A DNA stretch of 64,000 nt from Sphaerodactylus townsendi (lineage: Eukaryota). Positions 15,001 to 25,436 of this stretch are shown in pieces (positions within the stretch are counted from its first letter, which is position 1; each line of letters opens with the position of its first letter). The translations under genes and the position numbers were made by a program. The stretch lies in contig NC_059427.1 in the NCBI RefSeq assembly GCF_021028975.2, positions 64,480,001 through 64,544,000 on the forward strand, read 5' to 3'. The notes under the pieces were generated by a model. The model had not been told where the DNA came from, searched no databases, and saw nothing but the letters and a program-made list of their open reading frames with translations.

Positions 15001-15289
15001 TGCATATGAGGTATATGCGGTTTACAATTAAAAAAAACAAAACAATATCCCCTTCTGTTAATCAGTTGAGCCAGGTACTACCATACTGATGTTGGAAGCT
15101 TGAAATTTGTAAATATTTCTTTTTTGATTTGGTTGGAGAGGCAAGGCAGGTGTTGCAGACCAATGGACAACTATATGATGATACAACCATTCTATAATCT
15201 ACTGTATGGTAATCTTACTAGAGTCCAGAAAGTAATCAGCTCGTTTTTGGAATTAGAAAGCTACTTACCACATCAGCAGAATTTCTCTT
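18..15289 (-). CDS. ITIH3: Inter-alpha-trypsin inhibitor heavy chain H3-like, partial (coding exons 2-9; continues beyond the left edge; signal-peptide exon 1 not found)
   Basis: GT-AG exons: 15269-15289 (21 nt, KRNSADV), 12937-13103 (HTKGIEVY...[13 protein letters not shown]), 11665-11769 ([34 protein letters not shown]), 9740-9902 ([33 protein letters not shown]), 7293-7403 ([18 protein letters not shown]), 3368-3493 ([15 protein letters not shown]), 2637-2753 ([10 protein letters not shown]...[19 protein letters not shown], vWA MIDAS DxSxS), 18-186 (TREALIKI). Splice phases are consistent. The VIT plus vWA domains and the 21-nt microexon match ITIH3 as recalled; the paralog assignment (H3 vs H4) is less certain than the family. 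Confidence 0.88.
3170..3306. mobile_element. hAT-like MITE
   Basis: TIR CAGTGGTGGGATT / AATCCCACCACTG with a duplicated right end. No clean TSD. Confidence 0.7.
3880..5000 (+). mobile_element. Decayed CR1 LINE ORF2 fragments, interrupted by later insertions
   Basis: DGIHPRALK-like sequence at about 3907-3930 and [12 protein letters not shown] (CR1 RT LDFQKAFDKVPH) at 4921-4956. Confidence 0.7.
4541..4839 (-). mobile_element. Solo LTR inserted in the CR1 fragment
   Basis: TGT...ACA termini with a 5-bp TSD GAATT (4536-4540 and 4840-4844). CR1 sequence resumes on both sides. Orientation inferred from an AGTAAA on the minus strand. Confidence 0.65.
6240..7151. mobile_element. Non-autonomous Tc1/mariner (Tc2-like) element with internal ~125-180 bp tandem units
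   Basis: Degenerate TIR C(C)GTATATACTCG, TA-flanked. Highly similar to the copy at 45625-46605. Confidence 0.8.
13856..13973 (-). mobile_element. SPIN (Space Invader, hAT) MITE fragment
   Basis: The reverse complement contains GGGGTCACCACAACATGAGGAACTGTATTAAAGGGTCACGGCATTAGGAAGGTTGAGA, the SPIN/URR1 3' end as recalled. Truncated at both termini. Confidence 0.75.
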
Positions 15290-16565
15290 CTATAAAGAAA
15301 GAGGTAAAGAAAAAGTCTTAGGCATCTGGAAATAAGAGTACTGCATCACATGCTTCATATCAAGGTAGCAGATATTGCTATTCATATTCATTCCATGGAC
15401 AGTGGTGCTTTCACATTTAATAACATCCCTTATTGGATGAGCACATGATATAAATGTGGGGCTGGCAGTGACCTGATAGCTATGTAATTTACCCCTTGTC
15501 TGAGACTGGATCTTCCATGCATAATGGGCAAAATGTTACAGTACAATCCTATGTAGCATCATTATCTTCTATATGTGAATAGCAAAATTGGCCAAATCTG
15601 AGGTTACTTATATCTGGTGACTGGAGCTGTTAATGGGTAAGACAGACCTTTCTACAAAGTCGAAAAGGGCCACGGGTTTACAAGGAAATGTGAAATCTAA
15701 AAACAAACAAAACACGTACATTGGGAGGAGGGGGGTTACAAAGACCAGAAATGATAAAGCAGCACCTGTAGCTTTAAGAAACAGATTATCTCATTGGCGG
15801 CTGCTAGGCAACTACACAATTCCAGACTGGATTTCTGTGAGTAAAAGGCCAGGAGAAGAAAACAGGGCCCTTTCCAAGCCTATTGAGCCAGGGTGGTGTC
15901 GTGGTTAAGAGCGGGGTGGTGTGGGTTAAGAGCAGGCGTGGCCCCACTTCCAAGCTTATAAAAGCAAAGGCCCAGCATGGAACCTTCCAGTTGCTTCTGT
16001 CCTCCCCAGAGGGAAGGGCAGAAGGGACTGCTGCCTTGGAGCCAGCTGCCAGGAGGGGGTGGAGCTCAGGGGTGGAGCCGAGGGGAGGCCGCCCCCCCGC
16101 CCCAGGCTTAGTGGGGGGGTGCACCTGAGGAACAGATGTCTCTGGGTGCCATTTTCCTCTGGTACACCTCTGCTGGAAACACTAGGCAAGAAAGCTACCT
16201 CTGGATGACTTGATACCACCAAATTTGCATGATTCAACTAGGCTTGGTTCCTTGCTACTGTTTAACAACAGCCATCCTATGAAAGCCAGTGTGATGTGCT
16301 AGTTAAAACTTTGAAGAAGGGTATAGAAGAGCCAGGTTTGAATCCTCATCTGACTGTGGAAGATTACTAGGTGATGTTATGCTAGTCACATACCTTCAGG
16401 CTCACCTACCTCATCGGGTTGTTGAGCAAATAAAAAGAGGAGAGGAGAAGCTGATGTAAGCTGATTTGGTCCCCACTGTGAGAAAGTTGGGGTTTAAGTG
16501 AATTTAAAAAACAATAAATATAGCTAACGATGGGAAGCAGTTGAAAGGTAGGATGGTGAAACACT

Positions 16566-17516
16566 GGGCACTTTTGCACATGCAAAATAATGCACTTTGA
16601 ATCCACTTCCAATGCACTTTGCGCAATGGCACTGATGCCACGGGCACATCCGGGGACAAATGCCCCGGGATCCCCCATGGGAGTCACATGGGCCCACCGG
16701 AAATTCACCCCCACGCTTCCGGGAAGGAGGAGGGGCATGGCGGGGCCCAGCAATGCCCCTCCTCCTTTCCGGGGCATGGCTGGGGAATTCCTTCCCCTAG
16801 CCCCACCAGGCCTGGCTAGCAGACAAGGTAAGTGGGTCAGGTGGGCAGGGCATGGCTAGTGGTGAGATTTAGCCAGTAGCTAACCAGCTGAATCACACCA
16901 GGGAGGGCAAGCGAGGGGCCTTTCTGAGCCCTGGAGCGCTCCAGGGCTGGGAAAGGCCCATCGCCGCTCTTCACTGCAACGGCAAGTGACGGGCTTGCTC
17001 TTCCCTATAAGGGTGAGCTACGGGCCTTTCCGAGCCCTGGAGTGATCCAGGGCTGGAAAGGCCCATCACCACTCTCCCCCAAAAGGGCAAGGGACGGACT
17101 TGCTCTCCCCAGCAAGGATGAGCTACGGGCCTTTCTGAGCTCCAGAGCAATCTGGGGTTGGGAAAGGCCCGTCACCTCTCTCTTCTGAAAGGACGAGTAA
17201 CAAACGCTGAGGCTGGACGCTGGAGCTCCCTCCTCCCTCTGAGAGGGTTCCTCTTTAATGTGATAGTGACTTTGAATGTTCTTTAATGTGATAGTGACTG
17301 GTTCAAAAAAATTGTTGTTTGGTTGTGGTCGGTGTGGGCGGTCGTCTACATGGGGGCCTCCCCCCATAAAACTCAGATTTTGCCCCAGGCCTTATTTTTC
17401 CTAGTTACACCTCTGACTTTGCAGCTGGATTTCACCATGCAAAATAGCAAAATCCACTTGCAAGCAATTGTGAAAGTGGATTGATAGTGCATTATTCTGC
17501 ATGTGCAAAAGTGCCC
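16566..17516. mobile_element. PIF/Harbinger-like MITE split by a nested hAT-like element (16624-17415)
   Basis: TIR GGGCACTTTTGCACATGCA at both ends. The inner insert is flanked by ACTTTGCG/ACTTTGCA (8-bp TSD with one CpG-type mismatch) and carries ~105-bp tandem units. Confidence 0.7.
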
Positions 17517-18137
17517 ACTGAGAAGAGAATGAGATATGATGGACTCTATATCATTATAACCTCACCCTCCCAAGGCACCCCCAAGTCTTTTTGTAAGCTG
17601 TTTGGGACTATTTTGACCTTTGAGGGAGGACTCATCGGGGCCAAGCTTGGCAGCAACCACCAGGCAATGTGGAACCACCCAAATTGTTAGACTGACCCAG
17701 GCATGGCTGCTTAGTATTGTTTAACAGCAGCCACCCCCAAAAGTCAGCACAGTGCACTCTGCTGTGGAAACTTACTGGGTGACCTTGGGCCAGTTACATA
17801 TTCTCAACCTAACTTACCTCACAGAGCCATGGTGAAGATAAAATTGAGAAGAGAATGATGCAAGTTGCATTGGCTCCCCGTTGTGCAATATATTAATGAA
17901 GTAAATAAATAAGATAAGGGGGAGATAAAAGATAGATTGGAATTAGGGAAAGTTAAGGGTATGAAAGTTGCTAGGATAAGGGAAAGAGGAAATAGTATGA
18001 AGAGGTGATGCAAGATAAGGTTAGGTGTCCCCCATGAGCCTTTGCAGGCTCTCCCCAATGCAACTTGGACCCAGCTGCCAAAGAGCATTCTGGACATAGT
18101 TTTCTTGGGGAGAGGTTGCCGGAGGGGAGGGGGGAGG

Positions 18138-18139
18138 GA

Positions 18140-18221
<82 letters not shown>
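18138..18221. repeat. (GAAA)n microsatellite
   Basis: About 21 perfect GAAA units. Confidence 0.98.
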
Positions 18222-18222
<1 letters not shown>

Positions 18223-18803
18223 CCAAACATGGGGAGCAGATAACAGTAAATTGGTTGTTGGATGGAAAGAAGAGAAGGAAGAAATAAAAGGAGAGAGGCT
18301 ATGGGGACATTCAGGAAAGAGAAAGAGGATGCTTTCAGCGAGGAAAAAATGAGATGACCCCCCCCCCCCGCAAGTTCTTGCAAGTCTTGTATTCTAAAAC
18401 CATTGAAGTCAATAGATAGAATGGCACTGATGACACTGATAGTCTACCATAACTAGACTGCAGAAAAAGAAAATAATCAATGCCTCAGCTACCTTGAAAA
18501 AAATTAATTAATTTAGTATACCCAATCGAGAATGCCAAATGGGGAAGGGCAGGGGAAAAAAATAATTACTGACTTCAGTTTAATTCCTGGGGGAAGGTAC
18601 AAAACTATAGGAATATGTATTATCTTCATTAACATAAACAGTTCTCCCACAATTATCACACACAACTAGTTGTGGTTATTGTGATTCTTCATAAACATTC
18701 AGTAGGATAGCCATTTTAGTCTGCTATGGCAAGACAAAATTTTAAAGACTACATTTCAAAAAAATTCAAAAGCTATTTTTAAAAAATCTTAGATATGTTA
18801 GAT

Positions 18804-19159
18804 TAGTGGTGGCGAACCTATGGCACGCGTGTCAGAGGTGGCACTCAGAACCCACTCTGTGGGTACGCATGCACGCGGCAGGTGCACGCAGGACCTGCTG
18901 GAGCAGGCTGGCTGCTGCTGCTCGAGGGGTTGAACAAACAAAATGTGTTCCTTTCCAAACACCGGGGAAATGCTCAGACCCAATTTTTTTTGCTGATCAC
19001 CTGGGCAGATCAAGCCTAGGGTGGAGGAACTGAGATGAATTTAGGATTTAAAAACAAACAAACACCAAGGTTAAATTGCCGTATTGGCCCTTTGCGATAA
19101 ATAAGTGGGTTTTGGGTTGTAATTTGGGCACTTGATCTCAAAAAGGTTTGCTATCACTG
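18804..19159. mobile_element. Non-autonomous hAT element
   Basis: TIR (T/C)AGTG(G/A)T(G/A)GC(G/A)AACC with 8-bp TSD TGTTAGAT on both sides. Same family as 38268-38733, in the opposite orientation. Confidence 0.88.
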
Positions 19160-20792
19160 TGTTAGATGGATGCAGTAGGTTTTAATTGATGAAAGCTTTT
19201 GCCACATTAACAATGTACTCCAAGGCAAAGGTACTCCAGTAGACATTGATTGAATTAATGGATTTAGAGCAACTTGGCATAGATTGCACGGCAAACCACA
19301 AGGCATTATTTGTTTTAGAGGGGGGAAAGTCTTGGCAGAAAATGTATTCCTTGTACTCCTTGTACATAGGGTATTTGGACACAGTCATAAAGTTAAATAA
19401 CATAGGCATAATCACAGACCCTCATTGAGTTTCACCCAGAATGTGAAGTATTCTTTACACTATAGTGAGAAAGGTCCTTAGTGAAATCAATTATCATTCA
19501 CATGGATTTCCACGCTGAACAGAACCATGGAGGTCAAGAGAACAATCCTAAGCAGGTCTACTCAAGGGCATTTAGTGATGTTTATTCTCAGGAAAGAAGA
19601 AAAAATTAATCTGGTCAGGTTTCCTTCAGCCTCAGTATGCTGTTCCCCAGATCTACTTTATGACTGCTTAGGAGAGAACACAATGCAAGCAGGCCATTAT
19701 GTTATCTGGATGGGATGGTGCACATTTTCAAGGTACAGAGATCTTGGGATGTCACCTAGGAAAGCGAGGGACCTCAATGGGGTACAATGCCACAGAGTCC
19801 ACCCTCCAAGCATCCATTTTCTTCAGGAGAAATCTCTGGAGTTTGGAGGCGAGCTGTAATTCCAGAGGATCTTCAGATATCATCCAGAGGCTGGCATTCC
19901 TAATTTGGGGGTAGTATTTATCTAGGAGTGGAAAATTTCTTTTGGTGCAAATAGCACTCCTGAAAGCAATATATATTAGGAAATGGTTTGTGGAGTTAAG
20001 CCATCCCTCTACAAATCAGTCCCATCACCGCTACTATTTTGACACATGCATTAACATTAAATATCTCCATGTTACATCTTCAAGGAGTGTTCAAAGCTAG
20101 AGATGAGCACAGCAAGTTTGCCATTACCTTCCTCTGCAGAACAACCCTGGTCTTTTTTGGTGGTCTCCCAAGTACTAACCATAGCTCACCCTGGTTAGCT
20201 TCTAAAATGAAATGAGCTCAGACTCATCTGTGTTATTAAGGCTGCAAAAATATTTATTAGATCACAATCATCAATCTTTTGTCTAGTTTCTGCCTTACTT
20301 TTATGGACCAAGCAAGACATGATACTGAAGGATCAGCAGTATATTTTTTGTTGTAAATGGCAATCACAGGACTTCACTGGGGACAGGGAATTTTCCTGAC
20401 TAACTTAAATGGCACCCTAAAGATGCAGGGACACATAAGTGTTGCCTTATGTCTTTTTCAGTTGGGAAAAATACCCACCACTCCTGGTGGACGAGTTTGA
20501 GAAAACACTATGTGTAGGTGGGGGGAAGACTTAATCTCTCATACACTCACATTATGGTCTCTTTCTGAATAAAGACTTCTTACCAATGAGGAAAAGCAAA
20601 TTGCAGATCTAATTACCAACCTTTCAGAGTCTCAAGGGGCTTGGTCATAAATAAACATGTATAAGGCTATTGAAATATATGCTCTGTGACTGATTGAAGG
20701 TGAAACAACCTAAGCCCTATGACCATCAAATACTAGGAAGAATAACCTTTCTTAAAAACAGAAAACTGCTTCACATATTTCAGATACATACC

Positions 20793-20880
20793 NNNNNNNN
20801 NNNNNNNNNNNNNNNNNNNNNNNNNNNNNNNNNNNNNNNNNNNNNNNNNNNNNNNNNNNNNNNNNNNNNNNNNNNNNNNN
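20793..20880. other. Assembly gap (88 N)
   Basis: Run of N. Its right edge lies inside a palindromic MITE. Confidence 0.99.
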
Positions 20881-20968
20881 TCCTGCATGGCCAATTGGCC
20901 ATGCAGGAAGGGGCTGATGGGAATTGTAGTTCCTGAACATCTGGAGAGCCGCAGGTTCCCTACCCCTG
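20881..20968. mobile_element. 148-bp palindromic hAT MITE, left arm lost in the gap
   Basis: Centre CCAATTGG and right arm nearly identical to the copies at 60587 and 62885. Confidence 0.9.
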
Positions 20969-21404
20969 AGCTAGATAGTTCTATACTGCACCGAAGAAAG
21001 CAGACTGGGTTGTGCTCTCAGAATCACAGAATTGCCTGTTTCCAAATCTGAGAATTGCTCCAGAGGGTTCCCCCCTCCAGAGCCCTCCAAAACCCCTTTA
21101 TAGATTTCAGAAGTTACATGCAAGCCTCCCTGAAATGTTTCCCCATGGCAGTCCTATCACATTGTATTCATGCTGCAGATAGGATGGTGCTGGCACTCAA
21201 AAAGTCAAACCATAATAGTGAGCTGTTTTGCCCACATAACAGCTCTAACATGAATCAATCCATGATTACCAGAATTTTGCTGTCCTGCTTTAGTTAACAT
21301 CAACCAAATTATTAGACTTCATTAGGAAGGCTAAACTCCAAATGGCCATATGTCATTAATAACATCCACTGTTTTCTACCCAAGAAATACTTGCATCGCA
21401 GTAA

Positions 21405-21638
21405 AAGATTCAAGGTGTAGGAAAAGAGATTCCACCTAAACATTAGGAAGAACTTTCTGTCAGGGCTGTTTGACAGTGAAATTCACTCCAAATCGGAGTG
21501 GTGGAGTCTCCTTTTTTGGAGGTTTTTAAACAGAGGCTGGATGAACATATGTTGGGAGTGCTTCTATTGTGCGTTCCAGCGTGGCAGGGGGTTGGAATTG
21601 ATGGCCCTTGTGGTCTCTTCCAACTCTGTGATTCTATG
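21405..21638 (+). mobile_element. CR1 LINE 3' end
   Basis: RFHLNIRKNFLSGLF-like ORF2 end followed by the 3' tail CCAACTCTGTGATTCTATG. Confidence 0.85.
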
Positions 21639-21779
21639 GTAAGCAATATGGGAATGGACCATTCACAAACTTGATATTTCAAGACAATCCGCAATCACCA
21701 CATTTAAACTGGCTTCAACCAGCAGAATCAAAAGGGGGAAAAGAGCTGTTTGAAACAGCAAATCCTTTACATGAAAGCG

Positions 21780-23060
21780 TCGCTGAATGTAAAAGGGCTT
21801 GTTTCTGAGCAAACGCTCTTTTCAAAATATGAAACATAAGATCGGATCTAAAAGGGGGTCACGACGTTTTCAGGCGATTGTCACGAGGAAGGTACTGCAA
21901 TGTCCTCTCCCTTTGATCACGAAAGTCTCTTGCTGCCGCCGGAGGGGAGCACCCAAGGCAGCCAAACCCCCCTGTCCGCTTAGGACACGTCAGACTTCAC
22001 GGTTTGCGGCTAAAGCGGTTCGCGATCCCCTTCCTAGCCTAGCCGCTTCCTGCCCAACCCCACAGCCCAGGCTGTGAAGGGAGAAGAGACCTGCGGCGAC
22101 GGGGCTTGAGGGGCTTTCAAGCCTAACCCACCCACAACCCGCTCACCATCTGCGTAGGGAAGGATCGGAATATTTGGAACATTTTGCCCCGTCCCGCAGC
22201 CAAGTCTCGAACACACGGATCGCTGTTCCGGTTGGCAGAGCCACGAGGAGGAGGAGGCGGCAGCTCTCGGGTTTGGTTGGTCTCAAGGCCCAAATCGGAG
22301 GCCGAGTCTGACGGGGTCTCGCACCGCGGAACCGGAAAAGGGTCTCACCGAGAACTGGTGTCCTTTGCAGAAAAATCGACAAAAAAATCGGCAGCGGAAG
22401 TACCAGCGGGCGCTTCCGGATCTTTAGAGGCCGATCGGATGCGCAAGGCGGGGCCTGCCGCCCTCGCCGGAACCGCCGTTTCCTTGCGCCGCCTCATCCT
22501 TCGTCGCTCTTCAGGCCCGTCTAAATTTACCAGAGCGCGGCGCTACGTCTCCATGGCAACGGGCACGCAAGACTCCCAAGGACCCTCTGGGCCCTCACTA
22601 GCATCGAGGGGTCTAACTCAGTGCCAGCCCGAGTTATTATTTGGTCCGCCTTCTCGCAGCGTTTGTAAGCGGCCGTGGGTACGCGCTTTCCACCCTATCT
22701 CGCAATCAGACTTGCTTTACAGGCGCGGTTGTTTTCTGGTCAGGCGCTGCATTAGGCAGCCTATTGAACTCCCGCAGCTGACAACTTGCTGCTGTTGAGT
22801 TGGCATTTCGTTGGTGGCTGCTGGTCTGCATGAAGGCAAGGAGGAAGGGATAGAAAGGGCTCCGTTTTCTGGGCAAACAAGCAAGACTACGAGAAATAGA
22901 AAGAGTTCTTCGGCCTTCGTTTCCCCTGCTTGCTGCAAGGACTTCCATGTGCGTGAATTTTCGTACTCCATGGTTTAGTATTGCTAGTTCTCTGCCTTTT
23001 AATTTATGGAGCCCATCCAGTCAGCGGGCTCGCCTTTGCCAAACGAGTCCCTTTTGGAGG
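21780..23060. promoter_or_regulatory. CpG island, bidirectional promoter of SPCS1 and GLT8D1
   Basis: CpG-dense stretch between divergent genes. ETS/GABP-type GCGGAAGT near 22393 and CTTCCGG near 22412. RFX X-box GTCTCCATGGCAAC at 22547-22560. Confidence 0.8.
22147..22182 (-). CDS. SPCS1: Signal peptidase complex subunit 1, first coding exon only (MFQIFRSFPTQM)
   Basis: ATG at 22182-22180, 12 codons, then a GTGAGC donor. Matches the vertebrate SPCS1 N-terminus (..RS.PTQM|DYKGQK). Lies in a CpG island head-to-head with GLT8D1, as in other amniotes. Exons 2-4 were not found in the window. Confidence 0.85.
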
Positions 23061-23749
23061 ATGTGGGCTTCCAATTTTGCATCCCATTCAGAGGTTGTAA
23101 GTTTGCATACAGTTGGTTTATTGCTGAGAAGGATCCCCAAGGCAGCTTACATAAGGCGATGGACATAATGTGACTGTGTTTTGTACTGTGAGAGTGGAAG
23201 GATTTAGACAAAAATTTAGGTAGAGGAAAAGTTTTGGTTTAATTCAAACAAAATCAAATATTGTTCCTGTTTCAGACTAGGATGTGATAAAGCAGAAATC
23301 AATTTAATAATCTGCAGAGTATTATAAAGTATTTAAATAACTGCTGTAAAACTGAATTGCTCTTCTTGTGATGGTTGGGTGGTAACTGACAGAATGCCAG
23401 ATTCCGTATGGGCCCATGCGGAATCTACCAATTTGAAGTTATATTAAAATGTGAGCAGTCAAGACTTATTGGATATGTAAACTGAGTATAGAGGGCTATG
23501 TAATTGAGACACAGTTTGTCTCATCACTTATATTTTGCTGAGAAATATGTGAATGAAATTGGTGATTTGGTTGCAAGCAGCTAATGTGCTCTAAGAAATC
23601 TCACTAAAATTAGTGAAGCTGAATGTAAGTTATGGCAAACGAGGCTAATTTATTAACCATACGTATATTTAACTTAATCCTAAATGTGGAGTGTTTCTTT
23701 TGCTGTACATTTTTATAGTTCTAATGTTCATTTTTGTAGTTCTACTGTT

Positions 23750-25110
23750 CATAGTCTTCCAAAATGCTGTTTGTCATTGAGAATTGGAACTATGAAATAG
23801 CATACTAGCAACACACTGAGAAGACTGCAGCCAACTATCTTATCCTGCATCTTCATGAGTTCAAATCTCCCTGATTTGCATAGTTAATAAGGTGGAAAAG
23901 GTCACTCTAATGCAGGTGATGCGAAATGCACATGCAAAGTAGCAGATTGTAGAATGTAGCATTAATAGCCTGCATAGTGAAAGTAATGAATGTGCCCAGT
24001 GTTTCAATGGGCCTAAAGTGAACAACAGTGTATTTAGAGTAGCTAAAATTCTAATGTTAACATGTCAGCACAATACCTGTCTATGCTACAATCCTGTTGT
24101 GTGCTAACATTGCAGATGCACTGGCTGGGAATCAATTTAAATGAGATGCTGCGTGTGTGAAAAATAGCATGGGTAAATGCTGTTCTACTGATAATATGTT
24201 TAGCATCAAGTAATGCTGAGGCAAAGATGACTTGAATCTCACAGGGGTTCAGGGTTTGGCATGTAGATTTCACAGGGTCAAGTCTTTACACCTATCCTGT
24301 TTAATTTATACATGAGACCTTTGAGATTGTCTGGATCTTGGGAGCTTGGCATCATCAGTATGCTTGTGATGCTTGGCTCTGTTTCTTTGAAAAAGATACT
24401 AGAGATAGCTGTTTCTGTGCTGGGCCAGTGCCTGGTAGCTGTGGGCAACATGGCATTTATGATGGCTGGTAAAGTGGAAACTCTGGAAGAGATTTCCCTG
24501 CCCACAGTGGGTGACCTTGAAGTGAAGCTTGACTACCTTGGGTATTGTTGGAGCCAGCATTTGTTTTAGATCAGGTGAATTCAGTGATGATAAATCCCTC
24601 TTAACAATTGCATTTGGTGCAGACACTGTTATCCTTCCTGAGTTGTGCAGATAATGTTAAATTAATCCATTCTAATGTGACTTAGAGGCAAAATTAAAGC
24701 AATGTGCATGAAGACAATCCATAAGTTTCAGTTGGTGCAACCTGTTGCTGGAGCACTGAAATAGTAGCATAGTGTTACTGCCGCCTTAGAACAGCTACAT
24801 AGGTGACTAGTATGTTTCCAACTTCAGTTCAAGGTGATGGTCTTATACTATCTGCAACCAGCTTATGGATCTGTTTATCACCTCAAATCCCCATATAGCC
24901 TCCTTCTACTGGAACTCTCCTTCTTTGAGTCATCTGGCCACAGAGCAGGCCTGTTTTTTCTTAGTGGCAACTAAACTATCGAGGAACACTGTCCCTGAGG
25001 AAGTGAGGAGCTTATTTTTTTGTTGTAAAAAATGTCATGCTGTCTTTTTTAGGCAGACTTTCTGTGCTTCATCCATGAGTGTATTTCTGAAGGAAAGTAA
25101 TTTTTTTCTC
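23750..25110 (-). pseudogene. Candidate endogenous bornavirus-like L polymerase fragment (EBLL), decayed
   Basis: Broken minus-strand frames give ordered motifs MLLFQCS, LMDC, NFAS, NSGRITV, FTSR, WPSTETAI, PSITSILMM..QDP, DMLTL, FRPI, ISHHLH. These are collinear with the BoDV-1 L C-terminal region as recalled ([56 protein letters not shown], IRPHL). No search was run and boundaries are approximate. Confidence 0.55.
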
Positions 25111-25157
25111 TTTTAATGCTGGATTGTTTTGAACCTGCAGGCCTGATTTTTCTACCA

Positions 25158-25185
<28 letters not shown>
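25158..25185. repeat. (TG)n microsatellite
   Basis: About 14 TG units. Confidence 0.95.
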
Positions 25186-25188
<3 letters not shown>

Positions 25189-25436
25189 TGTGGGGGTATT
25201 ATTGCTTTCATAAATACACAGAATTGTTTGTGCACATGGTAATATCCTAAGTGAATTTTTACTTAAACATTATTTGATGACATGTGATAAAGCTGTTTAA
25301 TATTTGAATGTGAATGTGTAATGGTTTACATATTTGAATGTGTAATGGTTTACATATTTTGCATGTTTGTAAAGTGGTTCTTTGCTTCCTTTTTGTAGAT
25401 TTTTAAAGAGGCTCCACTTCTCATCATAAGGACAAA

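Noticed and set aside
17819-18383. ORFs with FFLS/KKER repeats
   Set aside because: Translations of the (GAAA)n microsatellite.
22184-22798. 204-aa plus-strand ORF, and a possible N-terminal extension of SPCS1
   Set aside because: CpG-island artefact. The SPCS1 frame upstream has no ATG before an in-frame TGA near 22345.
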